A stretch of DNA of 64,000 nt, from contig NC_085844.1 of NCBI RefSeq assembly GCF_035594765.1, positions 196,308,107 to 196,372,106 of the forward strand. Reading direction: 5' to 3'. Source of the stretch: Anolis carolinensis. Lineage: Eukaryota. The position numbers were made by a program, and so were the translations under genes. The notes below the pieces were generated by a model. The model was not told the DNA's origin and made no database searches. It was given only the letters and a program-made list of their open reading frames with translations. The stretch's first letter is position 1; each line of letters opens with the position of its first letter. Below, piece after piece: positions 63,093-64,000 of the stretch.

Positions 63093-63483
63093 CAGGAGTC
63101 CCCAAACGAAGGCCTGTGGGCCAGATACGGCCCTCCAAGGTCACTTCCCTGGTCACCGGCCTAAAATTTAGACTTAGGATCTCCTCAAGTCTGAAACGAC
63201 TTGAAGGCATACAACAATAAGAATCCTAATTAGCTTTAGTATCTCATCAGCCAAAAGCAAACTCACACTTCCCATTGAAATACAGGTAAGTTTATGTTTG
63301 TTAAACATTTTCTTCATTTTCAGTGTTGAATTGTTCTTTCATGGTTTTTTTTTTTGCATTGCAAATAAGGTATGTGCAGTGTGCACAAGAATTCGTTCAT
63401 TTTTTTTATAACTATAGTCCGAACTTCCAACAGTCTGAGGAACCGTGAACTGGCCCTCTGTTTAAAAAGTTTGAGGATCCCTG
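63093..63483. mobile_element. Non-autonomous hAT element (relative of 8912-9659)
   Basis: caggagtccccaaac...aagtttgaggatccctg; TSD gttcagat/gtttagat. Confidence 0.82.
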
Positions 63484-63639
63484 GTTTAGATGCTACTTTG
63501 TTGTTTTCATTTCCAGTTGTTGGGTGTTACATTTGTCTGCTATAATTGTTTCTTCTATATGAATGGTTTAGGAAGAATCTACCGTGAAATACTTTTTTAG
63601 CTGTTCATGATAAGACTATCTGTTCTGGGGTTACACTTT

Positions 63640-63830
63640 CTAATAGAATCAGAGAATCATAGAGTTGGAAGAGACCATAAAGGCCATCTAATCCAATCCC
63701 TTTACCATGCAGGAAAACATAACTAAAGCACCCCTGATAGATAGCCAACCAGCCTCGGCTTAAAGACCACCAGAGAAGGAGCCTCCGCCACCCTGCAAGG
63801 CAGCATATTTCCATTGCCGAACGGTTCTTA
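63640..63830 (-). mobile_element. CR1 LINE 3' fragment
   Basis: agaatcatagagttggaagagacc...atccaatccc. Confidence 0.8.
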
Positions 63831-64000
63831 CCATACCACCCCCCCCTCCATGTTCCAAGCTGAATACAGCTCAGGAGTTGAGTTCAGTAGCCAATTAGGC
63901 ACTCAATAAACTTGTTTCAGTCCTTGTTTTGGGACTTTTATGCCTCACCATTGAACATGAAATGTTATTGTATTGATAACATGAATATTTGAGGATAGGT

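Overview
Vertebrate genomic DNA, very probably a squamate (Anolis-like repeat landscape: Sauria SINEs, CR1, BovB, Penelope, Vingi-like, Chapaev, hAT and mariner elements; one N gap). The window holds a tandem, head-to-tail cluster of four GH18 chitinase-family genes, all on the minus strand; I reconstructed the exons by hand from splice sites and reading frame. In transcription order: gene D (61778-51220, 10 exons, 394 aa) is a predicted catalytically dead chi-lectin with no chitin-binding domain, closest to CHI3L2/YKL-39, with a GC-AG intron and a dense myeloid/inflammatory-type promoter. Gene C (46541-40040, 11 exons, 487 aa) is a divergent CHIA paralog with an intact catalytic motif but chitotriosidase-like residues at two acid-pH positions, loss of a conserved substrate-binding Trp and an extra Cys. 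Gene B (32914-21825, 11 exons, 496 aa) is a classical acidic chitinase with a 21-nt tandem repeat linker. Gene A (10257 to beyond base 1, 9 exons visible) is a close paralog of B. The cluster looks like a functionally partitioned chitin system: two acid enzymes, one probable non-acid enzyme and one immune lectin. Those roles are inferred from sequence only. Introns and intergenic DNA are filled with often nested transposons, including Penelope copies that carry hammerhead ribozyme motifs.
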